Assembly: GCA_041749355.1 (NCBI GenBank)
Contig: JBGTBK010000224.1
Location: 1-59,403, forward strand
Direction: 5' to 3'
Length of the DNA: 59,403 nucleotides
Source of the DNA: Sandaracinobacter sp.
Lineage (GTDB): Bacteria; Pseudomonadota; Alphaproteobacteria; Sphingomonadales; Sphingomonadaceae
The notes under the pieces are model-generated. The model had not been told where the DNA came from, made no database searches, and was given only the letters and a program-made list of their open reading frames with translations. The stretch's first letter is position 1; the number at the start of each line of letters is the position of its first letter. The position numbers and the translations under genes are program-made. Positions 9,624-19,514 of the stretch are shown piece after piece.

Positions 9624-11222
9624 GTGCCCGACAGCTCGTACAGGAGCCGCTTTTTGACCGCCGGCCTTTCCGCTGGCATCGCCGCAGTGGTTGCAACCTC
9701 GATCCCGGTGCTTGCCCAGCAGGCCCCGGCCGCAAAGGCTCCTGCTGCCCCCGTTGCTGCAGCGACAGCGCCCGCAGTGGCTCCGATCCAGCCCTCCCCC
9801 GTCCAGGCGCTGCCGCCGCGCGGCGCGCCCATGAGCTTTGCCGACCTTGCAGCGCGCCTGCAGCCGGCGGTCGTCAACATTTCGACGACCCAGCGCGTCG
9901 AAGTCGGCAAGTTCCCGCGCTTCGGCCCGGGCACCAACCTGGAGGAACTGTTCCGCCGCTTTCAGGAGCAGCAGACCGAGGACGGTCAGCCCGTCACCCG
10001 CGAGGCGACCTCGCTCGGCTCGGGCTTCATCATCTCGGCCGACGGCTATATCGTCACGAACAACCATGTGATCTCGGGCCGCGACGGGCAGAAGCTGGTC
10101 GACACCATCACCGTGACGATGGCGGACAGGCGCGAATACACGGCCAAGGTAATCGGGCGTGACCCGCTGTCCGACCTCGCCCTGCTGAAGGTCGATGGCC
10201 AGAACCTGCCCTATGTGCAGTTCGGCAACTCGCAGGGCGTTCGCCCCGGCGATTGGGCGATCGCCATCGGCAACCCCTTCGGCCTCAGCGGCACTGTCAC
10301 CGCCGGCATCGTCTCGGCGCTCCACCGCGGCATCCAGGGTGGCGGCGCCTATGACCGCTACATCCAGACCGACGCCTCCATCAACCAGGGCAATTCGGGC
10401 GGCCCGCTGTTCGATCTGAACGGCAATGTGATCGGCGTGAACACGGCGATCTTCTCGCCAACCGGCGGCAATGTCGGCGTTGGCTTCGCGATCCCCGCCG
10501 AACTGGCCCAGCCGGTGATCGAACAGCTGCGCAACGGCGGCAAGGTCCGCCGCGGTTACCTTGGCGTGCAGATCCAGAACATGACCCCGGCGATTGCCGC
10601 CTCGCTCGGCCTGCCCAAGGATCGGGGCGAGATCGTTGCCGCCGTCGAGCCATCCGGCCCGGCCCGGGCAGCCGGCCTGCAGCAGGGCGATGTGGTCGTG
10701 AAGGTCGCCGGCCAGGACGTCACGCCCGACAACAGCCTGTCCTACATCGTCGCCAACACGCCGATCGGCGCACGTGTTCCGATCGAAGTGATCCGCGGCG
10801 GAAAGCGGTTGACGCTGACGGCAACAATCGGCGAGCGCCCGACCGAAGCGAGCCTGCTTGGACAGACCGAACAGGCAGAGCCCGACCAGTCCGGAGCGCC
10901 GGATCAGCCGGGCGCTGAGGCAGCACGAAAGTCGCTGGGGATCACGCTGCAGGCAATTTCGCCCGAGATTCGCCAGCAGCTTCGCCTGCCGGATACCGTC
11001 CAGGGCGTGGTCGTCGCGCAGGTCAATGCCTCGTCTGACGCGGCCGAACAGGGAATCCGTCGCGGTGACATCATCGTGTCGGTGAATCAGCAGCCTGTCC
11101 GCACCCCGCAGGAAGCGGCAACGGCCGTATCGGCGGCCCGCAAGGCCGGTCGCGAATCTGTCCTGCTGTTCGTCCAGCGGGGCAATACGCCGGGTCGCTT
11201 CATCGGCGTGAAGATCCAATAA
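9624..11222 (+). CDS. degP: Do/DegP/DegQ family serine endoprotease with two PDZ domains
   Basis: Signal peptide, SLGSGFII, TNNHV, DLALL, TDASINQGNSGGPL, two PDZ-like regions. Confidence 0.92.
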   Translation: MPDSSYRSRFLTAGLSAGIAAVVATSIPVLAQQAPAAKAPAAPVAAATAPAVAPIQPSPVQALPPRGAPMSFADLAARLQPAVVNISTTQRVEVGKFPRFGPGTNLEELFRRFQEQQTEDGQPVTREATSLGSGFIISADGYIVTNNHVISGRDGQKLVDTITVTMADRREYTAKVIGRDPLSDLALLKVDGQNLPYVQFGNSQGVRPGDWAIAIGNPFGLSGTVTAGIVSALHRGIQGGGAYDRYIQTDASINQGNSGGPLFDLNGNVIGVNTAIFSPTGGNVGVGFAIPAELAQPVIEQLRNGGKVRRGYLGVQIQNMTPAIAASLGLPKDRGEIVAAVEPSGPARAAGLQQGDVVVKVAGQDVTPDNSLSYIVANTPIGARVPIEVIRGGKRLTLTATIGERPTEASLLGQTEQAEPDQSGAPDQPGAEAARKSLGITLQAISPEIRQQLRLPDTVQGVVVAQVNASSDAAEQGIRRGDIIVSVNQQPVRTPQEAATAVSAARKAGRESVLLFVQRGNTPGRFIGVKIQ

Positions 11223-11285
11223 GCGCTTAAGTTTCCGCGTCCGGCAGGCTAGCACAGCCAGTGCAAGCACGCACTGGGAGGCAGC

Positions 11286-12809
11286 ATGTCGGACGCGGAA
11301 GGCACTCTTTTCATTGGCGCACAGTCGGGTGGTGCAGCCGCCCAGGCGATGGTGCTGAAACGCGCCAACCGCCACGGCCTGATTGCGGGCGCAACCGGCA
11401 CCGGCAAGACCATCACGCTGCAGGTTCTTGCCGAGGGCTTCAGCCGGGTCGGCGTTCCGGTGTTCATGGCCGACGTGAAGGGCGATCTGGCCGGCATGGC
11501 GATGCCCGGCAGCCCCACTGCAAAGTTCCACGAGCCCTTCCAGAAGCGCGCAACCGACATCGGCATCGGCAGCTACCCCTATGCCGACACGCCCGCCGTC
11601 TTCTGGGATCTGTTCGGCGAACAGGGCCACCCCGTGCGCACCACCGTTTCCGAAATGGGGCCGCTGCTGCTTGCCAGGCTTCTGGGCCTGAACGAAACCC
11701 AGGAGGGCGTGCTCGCAATCGCCTTCAAGGTCGCCGACGACCAGGGGCTGCTGCTGCTGGACCTGAAGGACCTGAAGCAGATGCTGGCCTGGTGTGCCGA
11801 AAATTCCAAGGAGCTGGCGGCGAATTATGGCAATGTCACCTCCGCCTCGATCGGGGCGATCCAGCGCCAGCTTCTCAGCCTCGAATCCCAGGGCGGCGAC
11901 CGCTTCTTCGGCGAGCCAGCGCTGGTGATGACCGACATGATGCATGTTGGCGAGGATGGGCGCGGCCAAGTCAACATCCTGGCGGCCGACAAGCTGATGG
12001 CCAGCCCCAAACTCTATGCGACCTTCCTTCTGTGGATGCTCTCAGAACTGTTCGAGGAGCTTCCCGAAGTCGGCGACCCGGACAAGCCGAAACTGGTCTT
12101 CTTCTTTGACGAGGCCCATCTTCTGTTCGATGAGGCGCCCAAGGCCCTGATCGACAAGGTGGAACAAGTCGTGCGCCTGATCCGGTCGAAGGGGGTCGGC
12201 GTCTATTTCATCACGCAGAACCCGATCGACGTGCCCGAGGCGATTGCCGGCCAGCTGGGCAACCGGGTGCAGCACGCCCTGCGCGCCTTCACCCCGCGCG
12301 ACCAGAAGGCCGTGAAGGCGGCAGCGCAGACCTTCCGCCAGAACCCCAAGGTGGACGTGGAGCGCGAGATCCTGGAGCTGAAGACCGGCGAAGCGCTGGT
12401 GTCGCTGCTGATGGCCGACGGCGCGCCCTCCCCAGTCGAACGGGTGTTCATCCGCCCGCCGGCCTCGCGCCCCGGCCCGCTGAGCGATGGTGAGCGCAAG
12501 GTGATCCTGTCCACGTCTCCGGTGGCCGGCAAATATGACGAGACAGTGGACCGCGAATCGGCGTTCGAACTGCTGGCTGCCAAGGCAAACGAGGCAGCCG
12601 AGCTGAAGGCGGCCGAACAGGCAGAAGCAGAGGCGCGCAAGGCCGCCCTGCAGAAGGCCAAGGACGAGGCCGCAGCCGCGCGGGCCTACAAGGCTTCGCC
12701 AATGGGCAAGATGGAAAAGGTTGCGATGGCCACAGCTGCAGCCGTCGCAACCCAGGCAGGGCGAAGCCTGGTGCGGGGGATCCTGGGCGGGTTGTTCAAG
12801 CGGCGCTAG
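11286..12809 (+). CDS. HerA-like ATPase (DUF853/YjgR family)
   Basis: [33 protein letters not shown] and [12 protein letters not shown] motifs. Confidence 0.88.
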   Translation: MSDAEGTLFIGAQSGGAAAQAMVLKRANRHGLIAGATGTGKTITLQVLAEGFSRVGVPVFMADVKGDLAGMAMPGSPTAKFHEPFQKRATDIGIGSYPYADTPAVFWDLFGEQGHPVRTTVSEMGPLLLARLLGLNETQEGVLAIAFKVADDQGLLLLDLKDLKQMLAWCAENSKELAANYGNVTSASIGAIQRQLLSLESQGGDRFFGEPALVMTDMMHVGEDGRGQVNILAADKLMASPKLYATFLLWMLSELFEELPEVGDPDKPKLVFFFDEAHLLFDEAPKALIDKVEQVVRLIRSKGVGVYFITQNPIDVPEAIAGQLGNRVQHALRAFTPRDQKAVKAAAQTFRQNPKVDVEREILELKTGEALVSLLMADGAPSPVERVFIRPPASRPGPLSDGERKVILSTSPVAGKYDETVDRESAFELLAAKANEAAELKAAEQAEAEARKAALQKAKDEAAAARAYKASPMGKMEKVAMATAAAVATQAGRSLVRGILGGLFKRR

Positions 12810-12819
12810 GAAGCGCCGG

Positions 12820-13281
12820 TCAGGCGCCCGGGATGGTCACCCGGGCGATGTCGGCGTTGCGTGTTCCGGCGGGCGCGTCGATCAGCTCGCGCAGGAATGG
12901 CCCCTTGTCGACTGTTGCGGTGGCCACGCCGCCGGGCGCATCGTCCACAGTCGCACGGATGTTCGCATCAGACCGCAGAGCCTTCGCCTCCGACAGGATC
13001 TGGTTCTCGATCGCGGACTTTGGCGGAAGCTGCACGCCAGGGCCAAACAGGGCCTCAAGTGCCTGTTGCTGGCTGTCGGCACCGATTGGCCGCGGAGAGC
13101 CCGGACGCGGCGGCGCCATTGTGAAATCGGGCGGAATCACCAGCGGTGCCTGCTTGCCGATCGCAAACTCGTCGGGCCGCTTGCGGTCGGCAATGTCGTT
13201 GCCGCCGCACGCAGCCAGAAGGAAAGCCGCGCCGGCCAGAAGGGCGGTCGCGCGCACGGAGGAAACTCGCTCAGGCATCAT
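12820..13281 (-). CDS. DUF3035-like lipoprotein
   Basis: Lipobox LAAC followed by PDEFAI...APLVIPPDF...PPRPG; lies downstream of lspA. Confidence 0.8.
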   Translation of the reverse strand: MMPERVSSVRATALLAGAAFLLAACGGNDIADRKRPDEFAIGKQAPLVIPPDFTMAPPRPGSPRPIGADSQQQALEALFGPGVQLPPKSAIENQILSEAKALRSDANIRATVDDAPGGVATATVDKGPFLRELIDAPAGTRNADIARVTIPGA

Positions 13282-13793
13282 ACACTCTTTTCCGTCTTGC
13301 TGTCTGAACCGGCGCTGTCCGGGCTGATGTGCCCGGGGCGGCTGAACAGGGCCCGAACCAGCAGGATCACCACGCCAACGGTGATTGCCGCATCGGCCAC
13401 GTTGAACACATAGAAGGACCAGGGCCCTGCATGCAAATGGATGAAGTCGACCACATAACCGAAGCGGATGCGGTCGACGATGTTGCCAAGCGCACCGCCC
13501 AGCACCAGCCCCAGCGCCAGCACCTCGGGCCACTGGCGCTCGCGACGGATCCACACTGCCACCACAACCGAGATCAGCGCCGTCAGCCCCACCAGCAGCC
13601 AGCGGCCGGTTTCGGTGTCGGCCGTCAGCATCCCCATCGAAACGCCCCGATTCTCGACCCAGGTGAGCGAGAAGACCTGAAGAACGGGCACGGTCACGCG
13701 CGCCTCCAGCTCCACCACATTGATGATCCAGTATTTCACCAGCTGGTCGACGAAGAAGACAATGGCGGCAAGGCCATAGGCAAACCGGCTCAT
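13278..13793 (-). CDS. lspA: Lipoprotein signal peptidase II
   Basis: DQLVK, NRGVSMG, GALGNIVDR, VVDFI and FNVAD motifs. Confidence 0.95.
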   Translation of the reverse strand: MSRFAYGLAAIVFFVDQLVKYWIINVVELEARVTVPVLQVFSLTWVENRGVSMGMLTADTETGRWLLVGLTALISVVVAVWIRRERQWPEVLALGLVLGGALGNIVDRIRFGYVVDFIHLHAGPWSFYVFNVADAAITVGVVILLVRALFSRPGHISPDSAGSDSKTEKSV

Positions 13794-16654
13794 TCGCCAT
13801 GCTCCAGCACGACATCGTCGCAGCGGCCACAGAGTTGGGTTTCGGCCGAAACGTCCGGCAGATGCCGCCAGCAGCGCGCGCAGCGGCTGTGGGACGCGGC
13901 AACCGCCTCGACGCGCGGCTCGCCCTCGGCGGCGATAGCTTCAACAGACGAGACAATGCACAGCTCGGCAAAGTCGACCGAGCGGATCAAGGCTACATCG
14001 GCTTCAGGGGCGAACAGGCGGACAGCAACCTCGTTGGACGAGCCGACCTGCTTGTCGCGCCGCATGGGCTCGATCGCCTGGGTGACGAGCGCGCGAAGCT
14101 CGCGAAGGCGGTCGAACTTCGCGTCCAGCGCCACATCGCGCCAGTGGGCCGGGATCGCGGCATAAGTGCCAAAATGCACCGAGCTGCCAGCCCCATGCCG
14201 ATGCTCGTGCGCTTCCTCGGCGGTGAACACCAGAACCGGCGCCAGCCAGGCGTTAAGCGCGTCGAACAGGATGCTGAGCACCGTGCGATAGGCCCGGCGC
14301 TTTGAGCTGAGCGGCCCGTCGCAATAGAGGCTGTCTTTGCGCACATCGAAGAAGAAGGCGCTGAGGTCGCTGTTCACGAAGCCAGTAAGAGCCGCCATCA
14401 TCTTCGCATAGGCGTGCACATGCACATGGCCTCGAATCTCGGCGTCGAGCGCAGCGAGGCGCGAGAGGATCGAGCGCTCGAGTTCGGGCATCTCGGAAAC
14501 GGGCACAGCTTCGTCGGGCGTATAGCCATTCAGTGCGCCGAGCAGATAGCGCAGGGTGTTCCTGAGCTTGCGATAGGCATCCACCGTGGTCTGCATCGCC
14601 AGTTTGCCGAAGCGCTGGTCCTCCGACGTGTCGGTGGAGGCCACCCAAAGCCTTAGAACATCGACTCCGGAGTCCCGGATAATCGTTTGAGGATCAACGA
14701 CATTGCCGAGCGACTTGGACATCTTGCGGCCCTTGTCGTCCAGCGTCATGCCGTGGGTGAGCACGCCCTTGTACGGCGCCCTTCCCCGCGTGCCGCAGCT
14801 TTCCAGCAGCGAGGACTGGAACCAGCCCCGGTGCTGGTCCGAGCCTTCCAGATAGAGGTCCGCCTGTTCGGCGTGCAGCCGGGCTTCGGAGACAAAGGCG
14901 TGCGTGCAGCCGCTGTCGAACCAGACATCCAGGATGTCGGTCACCTGCTCATAGTCGTCCGCCTTGTAGGCGTTGCCCAGGAATTCCTGCGGGTCGCGGG
15001 TCCACCAGGCGTCGGCGCCGTCTTGGGCGATGGCCTCCGCGATCCGGGCGTTCACGGCCGGGTCGGCCAGATAGTCGCCGGTGCCCTTCTTCACGAACAG
15101 GGTGATCGGCACACCCCAAGCGCGCTGGCGGCTGAGCACCCAGTCGGGCCGGCCTTCCACCATCGCGCGGATGCGGTTCTCGCCCTGGGCGGGATACCAG
15201 CTGGTCTCCGAAATCGCCTTCAGCGCGCGGCCGCGCAGCGTGCTGCCGTCGCCAAGGTCGCGGTCCATGGCGAGAAACCATTGCGGCGTGCAGCGGTAGA
15301 TCAGCTTCTTCTTGGAGCGCCACGAGTGCGGATAGCTGTGCCTGTAGTCGGCGGTCGCTGCCAGCAATGCGCCGGCCTCGCGCAAGGCGGTGCAGATCGG
15401 GCCTTCGGGATCATTGACCTTGTAGACATGCTGGCCGCCAACGACCGGCCAGTCCGCCTGGTAGGTGCCATCCGGCCCCACCACGAACTTCGGTTCGATG
15501 CCATGCGCCTTGCAGAGATAGAAATCGTCCTCGCCATGGTCTGGCGCCATGTGGACGAGGCCGGTGCCGGCGTCGGTGGTGACGAAGTCGCCGGGGAGCA
15601 GCGGGCGAGGTTCCGCGAAGAAGCCGCCGAGGTGGTGGAGCGGATGGCGGGCGATGGCACCGGCGAGGGCAGACCCCGGGCCCTTCCATAGTGTTTCGAA
15701 AGATCGCTCACTACCGAAAGCTGCAACGGCGTCATCCCAAACATCATCGTCGTTCCAATGGAGCAAACGCTCCGCAGACTTTGGAAGACACTCGCGCGCC
15801 AATAGAATGGGCCGCGCATTTTCAGGCGCCATCACCCCTGTCGCAGAATTCGGGCGAACAAGAGCGTACTCAACCTCCTCCCCATAGGCCAAAGCCCGGT
15901 TCACTGGGATCGTCCAGGGTGTCGTCGTCCAGATCACCGCATGGGCGCCCACCAGCTCGGGCGCGTTCGGTGCCTCGATAATCTCGAACGCCACGTCGAT
16001 CTGGGTGGAGACAATCTCTTCATACTCCACTTCGGCTTCGGCAAGTGCCGTCTGCTCCACCGGCGACCACATCACCGGCTTGGCGCCGCGATAGACCTGG
16101 CCGCTCTCGGTGAACTTCATCAGCTCGGACGCAATTACAGCTTCCGACGAGAAGTCCATGGTAAGGTAGGGATTGTCCCAATCGCCCCAGATTCCCAGTC
16201 GCTTCAGCTGCTCGCGCTGCACGCCCACCCAGTGCGCCGCATAGGCCCGGCACTGCTGGCGGAAGGCGATCGGGTCCAGGTCTCCCTTCTTGATGCCCTT
16301 CTCGCGGTTCAGTTCCTCGACCTTCCACTCGATGGGAAGGCCATGGCAGTCCCAGCCGGGGATATAGGGGCTGTCGAACCCCAGCATGGTGCGAGTGCGG
16401 ACGACCAGATCCTTCAGGATGTGGTTCATCGCATGGCCCAGGTGCATGTCGCCGTTGGCGTAAGGCGGGCCATCGTGCAGGATCCAGCGCGCAGCGCCGG
16501 TGCGAATTTCGCGCAACTTCGCGTGCGCGTCCTCGGCCGTCCAGCGCGCCAGCAGGCGCGGCTCGGTCTCGGCAAGGCCGGCCTTCATCGGAAAGCCCGT
16601 CTCGGGCAGGAACACGGTGTGGCGGTAATCTGCCGCCTTGGTCTCATTGCTCAT
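13790..16654 (-). CDS. ileS: Isoleucyl-tRNA synthetase (type 1)
   Basis: PPYANGDMHLGH, GWDCHGLP, WTTTPWT, GSDQHRGWF, KMSKS, C-terminal CARC...CGRC zinc motif. Confidence 0.97.
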   Translation of the reverse strand: MSNETKAADYRHTVFLPETGFPMKAGLAETEPRLLARWTAEDAHAKLREIRTGAARWILHDGPPYANGDMHLGHAMNHILKDLVVRTRTMLGFDSPYIPGWDCHGLPIEWKVEELNREKGIKKGDLDPIAFRQQCRAYAAHWVGVQREQLKRLGIWGDWDNPYLTMDFSSEAVIASELMKFTESGQVYRGAKPVMWSPVEQTALAEAEVEYEEIVSTQIDVAFEIIEAPNAPELVGAHAVIWTTTPWTIPVNRALAYGEEVEYALVRPNSATGVMAPENARPILLARECLPKSAERLLHWNDDDVWDDAVAAFGSERSFETLWKGPGSALAGAIARHPLHHLGGFFAEPRPLLPGDFVTTDAGTGLVHMAPDHGEDDFYLCKAHGIEPKFVVGPDGTYQADWPVVGGQHVYKVNDPEGPICTALREAGALLAATADYRHSYPHSWRSKKKLIYRCTPQWFLAMDRDLGDGSTLRGRALKAISETSWYPAQGENRIRAMVEGRPDWVLSRQRAWGVPITLFVKKGTGDYLADPAVNARIAEAIAQDGADAWWTRDPQEFLGNAYKADDYEQVTDILDVWFDSGCTHAFVSEARLHAEQADLYLEGSDQHRGWFQSSLLESCGTRGRAPYKGVLTHGMTLDDKGRKMSKSLGNVVDPQTIIRDSGVDVLRLWVASTDTSEDQRFGKLAMQTTVDAYRKLRNTLRYLLGALNGYTPDEAVPVSEMPELERSILSRLAALDAEIRGHVHVHAYAKMMAALTGFVNSDLSAFFFDVRKDSLYCDGPLSSKRRAYRTVLSILFDALNAWLAPVLVFTAEEAHEHRHGAGSSVHFGTYAAIPAHWRDVALDAKFDRLRELRALVTQAIEPMRRDKQVGSSNEVAVRLFAPEADVALIRSVDFAELCIVSSVEAIAAEGEPRVEAVAASHSRCARCWRHLPDVSAETQLCGRCDDVVLEHGE

Positions 16655-16702
16655 GGCGGGCAGGCTTTAGCCCATGTGGGCGCAGGCGCAACCCTTGCGG
16701 AG

Positions 16703-16731
16703 TTGCGAATGCTAGTCAAAGCCGTTCGCAA
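16703..16731. promoter_or_regulatory. Fur-box-like element in the ileS/bfr divergent region
   Basis: TTGCGAATGCTAGTCAA (16703-16719) resembles alphaproteobacterial Fur boxes. There is also an inverted repeat TTGCGAA-N15-TTCGCAA (16703-16731), about 80-100 bp upstream of bfr. Confidence 0.5.
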
Positions 16732-16808
16732 TTAAATATCTGATTTTGTTTGACATTAATCAATGACACCGGCAAACGGGCCACCTGTTCCAGCAAAGTG
16801 AGGCGGTC

Positions 16809-17288
16809 ATGCAGGGCGACAAGAAGGTCATCGAGTATCTGAACGCGGTGCTGAAGGGCGAGTTGACTGCCATCAACCAGTATTTCCTGCACTTCCGGCT
16901 GCTCGACAACTGGGGCGTGAAGAAGCTCGCCAAATACGAGTATCACGAGTCGATCGACGAGATGAAGCATGCCGACAAGCTGATGGAGCGCATCCTGTTC
17001 CTCGACGGCTTCCCGAACCTCCAGGCCCTCAACCGCCTGCGCATCGGCGAAACCGTGCCCGAAATCCTGCAGGCCGACCTCGATCTCGAATATGAAGCCG
17101 TTGCCCTGCTGAAAGAAGCAATCATCCATTCCGAAAACGTCCGCGATTTCGGCAGCCGCGACCTGTTCGTCCACATCCTCGTGGCCGAGGAAGAGCATGT
17201 CGATTTCATCGAGACGCAGCAGCAGATGATCAAGGATCAGGGCCTGCAGAATTACATTCAGCTGCAGTCGGAGGCAGCTGGCAGCTAG
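16809..17288 (+). CDS. bfr: Bacterioferritin
   Basis: ELTAINQYFLH, ESIDEMKHAD (haem Met) and EEEHVD ferroxidase motifs; 159 aa. Confidence 0.97.
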   Translation: MQGDKKVIEYLNAVLKGELTAINQYFLHFRLLDNWGVKKLAKYEYHESIDEMKHADKLMERILFLDGFPNLQALNRLRIGETVPEILQADLDLEYEAVALLKEAIIHSENVRDFGSRDLFVHILVAEEEHVDFIETQQQMIKDQGLQNYIQLQSEAAGS

Positions 17289-17298
17289 CGCGCGTCGG

Positions 17299-17442
17299 AG
17301 GCGGCCGCTGCCAGTGCGCAGCACTGGACAGCGGACTCGCCGCAGACACGGCCGGCGGGGCGCTGGCTCACAGGCCAGCGCCCCGCCGTCCGGATTTTCG
17401 GCGAGTCCGTGGTCGAGTGCCAAGCACTCGCCACGGCGGCCT
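17299..17442. repeat. 144-bp imperfect palindrome with nested hairpins (REP/REPIN-like or structured RNA)
   Basis: Two 69-bp arms (54/69 complementary by hand alignment) flank a 6-nt loop. There is a perfect 15-bp central stem (17353-17367/17374-17388), and each arm contains its own hairpin. Confidence 0.8.
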
Positions 17443-17715
17443 TCAATCCTCCCCGAACTTGTCGCTGACCAGCTCGACAAGAGCGTTCAGGGCCTCTCCG
17501 GCCTGCGCGCCTTCGGCCTTTACCTCGATGCTGTCGCCCATTGCGGCCGCCAGCATCATCAGGCCCATGATCGAGGTTCCGAGCACGTCGGCCCCGTCTT
17601 TCGAAACCGTGACGGTTGCGTCGAACTGGCTCGCCAGGGTCACGAACTTCGCGCTGGCCCGGGCGTGCAGCCCTCGCCTGTTGCGGATCTCGACTGTGAC
17701 CGGTCCTGCGTCCAA
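17443..17715 (-). CDS. ptsH: HPr/NPr phosphocarrier protein
   Basis: GLHARASAKFV (His15) and SIMGLMML (Ser46) motifs. TTG start at 17715 inferred. Confidence 0.92.
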   Translation of the reverse strand: MDAGPVTVEIRNRRGLHARASAKFVTLASQFDATVTVSKDGADVLGTSIMGLMMLAAAMGDSIEVKAEGAQAGEALNALVELVSDKFGED

Positions 17716-17725
17716 TAGCCTGCCC

Positions 17726-18130
17726 TCAGGCCGCCTCGCCAAGCAGGCGACTTGCAACGCTGATGTATTTCCGGCCGGCTTCCTGGGCCAGATCGACCGC
17801 CTCGCTCACGCTCTTGGCATTGCGAACGCTGGCCAGCTTGATCAGCATCGGCAGGTTGATGCCGGCAATCACCTCCAGATTGGGGCGCCCCAGAAGCGAG
17901 ATGGCGAGGTTGGACGGCGTGCCCCCGAACATGTCGGTCAGCAGGATCACGCCAGCACCCGAATCCACCTCGGCCGCCGCACCGGCGATTTCGGCGCGCT
18001 TGTCCTCCATGTCGTCATTCGCTTCGATGCACACAGGAACGCATTGCAACTGCGGGCCGACGACATGCTCCATGGCCGCGACGAACTCCGCTGCCAGCCT
18101 GCCGTGGGTTACCAGTACCAGACCGATCAT
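17726..18130 (-). CDS. PTS EIIA component, mannose family
   Basis: MIGLVLVTHG, TDMFGGTPSN and GINLPML motifs. Confidence 0.92.
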   Translation of the reverse strand: MIGLVLVTHGRLAAEFVAAMEHVVGPQLQCVPVCIEANDDMEDKRAEIAGAAAEVDSGAGVILLTDMFGGTPSNLAISLLGRPNLEVIAGINLPMLIKLASVRNAKSVSEAVDLAQEAGRKYISVASRLLGEAA

Positions 18131-19080
18131 TCCAAACCCTTCTGCTGCCCGCCACCCGCGAACATGTCCGCCGGCGCCGGGCCCTCATCTTCCGGCGAAG
18201 GCCCACCGTGGCCCGCATCGCGGTGCACCACGGCATTCCCCCATCCGGATGCCTCCAGTTCGCGGGCCGCAGCTTCCGCCACCGCGACCGAACGGTGCCG
18301 ACCGCCCGTGCAGCCGAAAGCGACCGTCAGATAAGCGCGACCTTCGCGCGCATAGCCCGGCAAAAGCAGCGTTAGAAGCCCCATGATGGATTCGAACGCC
18401 GGTCCGAAGGCCGGATCGGACCGGACGTGTGCGCTGACGGCCGCGTCCAATCCCGTCAGCGGGCGCAGTTCGGGCACCCAGTGGGGATTTTTCAGGAAGC
18501 GCATGTCGAACACGAGATCTGCATCGCGCGGCACACCCCGGGCGTAGCCGAAGCTCATCAGCGTGAGGGTCAGCGACTTGTGCCCCTCCTCGCCAAAGCG
18601 CGACGAGATGGCACGGCGAAGGTCGTTGGTGGACAGGTCGGTGGTGTCGATCACCACATCGGCTGCGCGGCGCAGGTCTGCCAACAGTTCCCGTTCCAAC
18701 GCAATCCCGTCGCCCGCCGGTCTGTCCTGTGCCAAGGGGTGGCGTCGGCGGGTTTCGGAAAAGCGGCGAACCAGCTCGTTGCCGGCACAGTCCAGATACA
18801 GGATCCGGATGGCGCGTTCGGGGGTTACATGGTCAGCGATTGCCTGCAGCACCTGGCCCGGGCTGAAGGCCCGCGTTCGCGCGTCGATCCCGATCGCCAG
18901 CCGGTGCCCGCCTGGTACGGCAAGAAGCGGCCCAAGCAGCGACAGCGGCAGATTGTCCACCGCCTCATAGCCCAGGTCCTCCAGCCCCTTCAGCGCGGTG
19001 GACTTGCCGGCACCCGAAAGGCCCGTGACCAGCAGCACGGGGGCGGGTGGTTCATCCCTGACCTGAGTGGTTCCAGACAT
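18127..19080 (-). CDS. rapZ: RNase adapter / P-loop protein RapZ
   Basis: TGLSGAGKS, DNLP, RRFSETRRRHPL, FDMRFLKNP, GCTGGRHRSV. ATG at 19080. Confidence 0.93.
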   Translation of the reverse strand: MSGTTQVRDEPPAPVLLVTGLSGAGKSTALKGLEDLGYEAVDNLPLSLLGPLLAVPGGHRLAIGIDARTRAFSPGQVLQAIADHVTPERAIRILYLDCAGNELVRRFSETRRRHPLAQDRPAGDGIALERELLADLRRAADVVIDTTDLSTNDLRRAISSRFGEEGHKSLTLTLMSFGYARGVPRDADLVFDMRFLKNPHWVPELRPLTGLDAAVSAHVRSDPAFGPAFESIMGLLTLLLPGYAREGRAYLTVAFGCTGGRHRSVAVAEAAARELEASGWGNAVVHRDAGHGGPSPEDEGPAPADMFAGGGQQKGLE

Positions 19081-19091
19081 GGGCTGTTCGC

Positions 19092-19514
19092 TTATCCCTT
19101 CGGCAAGCCTTGTGCCACTGCCAGTTCCACTTTCAGTGGGGCAGAGGCTTCGAAGGCCGACATCGGCAGGCAGGGAAGTTCCAGCCCGCAAAAGTCGCGA
19201 ACGGCAGGCAGCGGAATTCGTTCAGGCACTTGGCCAAGCTCGACCAGCAATCTCGCCGGAATGCAGGACACATGCGCCATGGTCGCAATGCCAAGTCCGC
19301 GCACTTCGATCAGTCCGGCAAGGGTCGGCGGAGGACTCAGCAGACCTCTGCTGTCCAGATGCACCCGATCGTCGGCGATCAAGGTTGCGCCGCGGTCGAT
19401 AAGGCGAAGCGCAAGGTCGGACTTGCCGCTGCCGGGCGGGCCGACAAGCAGAACCCCCTGCCCTTCGATCGACACGGCAGTTGCGTGCACAGTCGGCGGC
19501 AGCGGGGCAGTCAT
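19092..19514 (-). CDS. hprK: HPr kinase/phosphorylase (short alphaproteobacterial form)
   Basis: GPPGSGKSDLAL, LIADD and IEVRGLG motifs; position after chvG. Confidence 0.88.
   Translation of the reverse strand: MTAPLPPTVHATAVSIEGQGVLLVGPPGSGKSDLALRLIDRGATLIADDRVHLDSRGLLSPPPTLAGLIEVRGLGIATMAHVSCIPARLLVELGQVPERIPLPAVRDFCGLELPCLPMSAFEASAPLKVELAVAQGLPKG

Noticed and set aside
9555-11969. 804-aa minus-strand ORF
   Set aside because: Antisense shadow of degP and the HerA-like gene; no recognisable motifs. Such ORFs are expected with GC3-rich codons.
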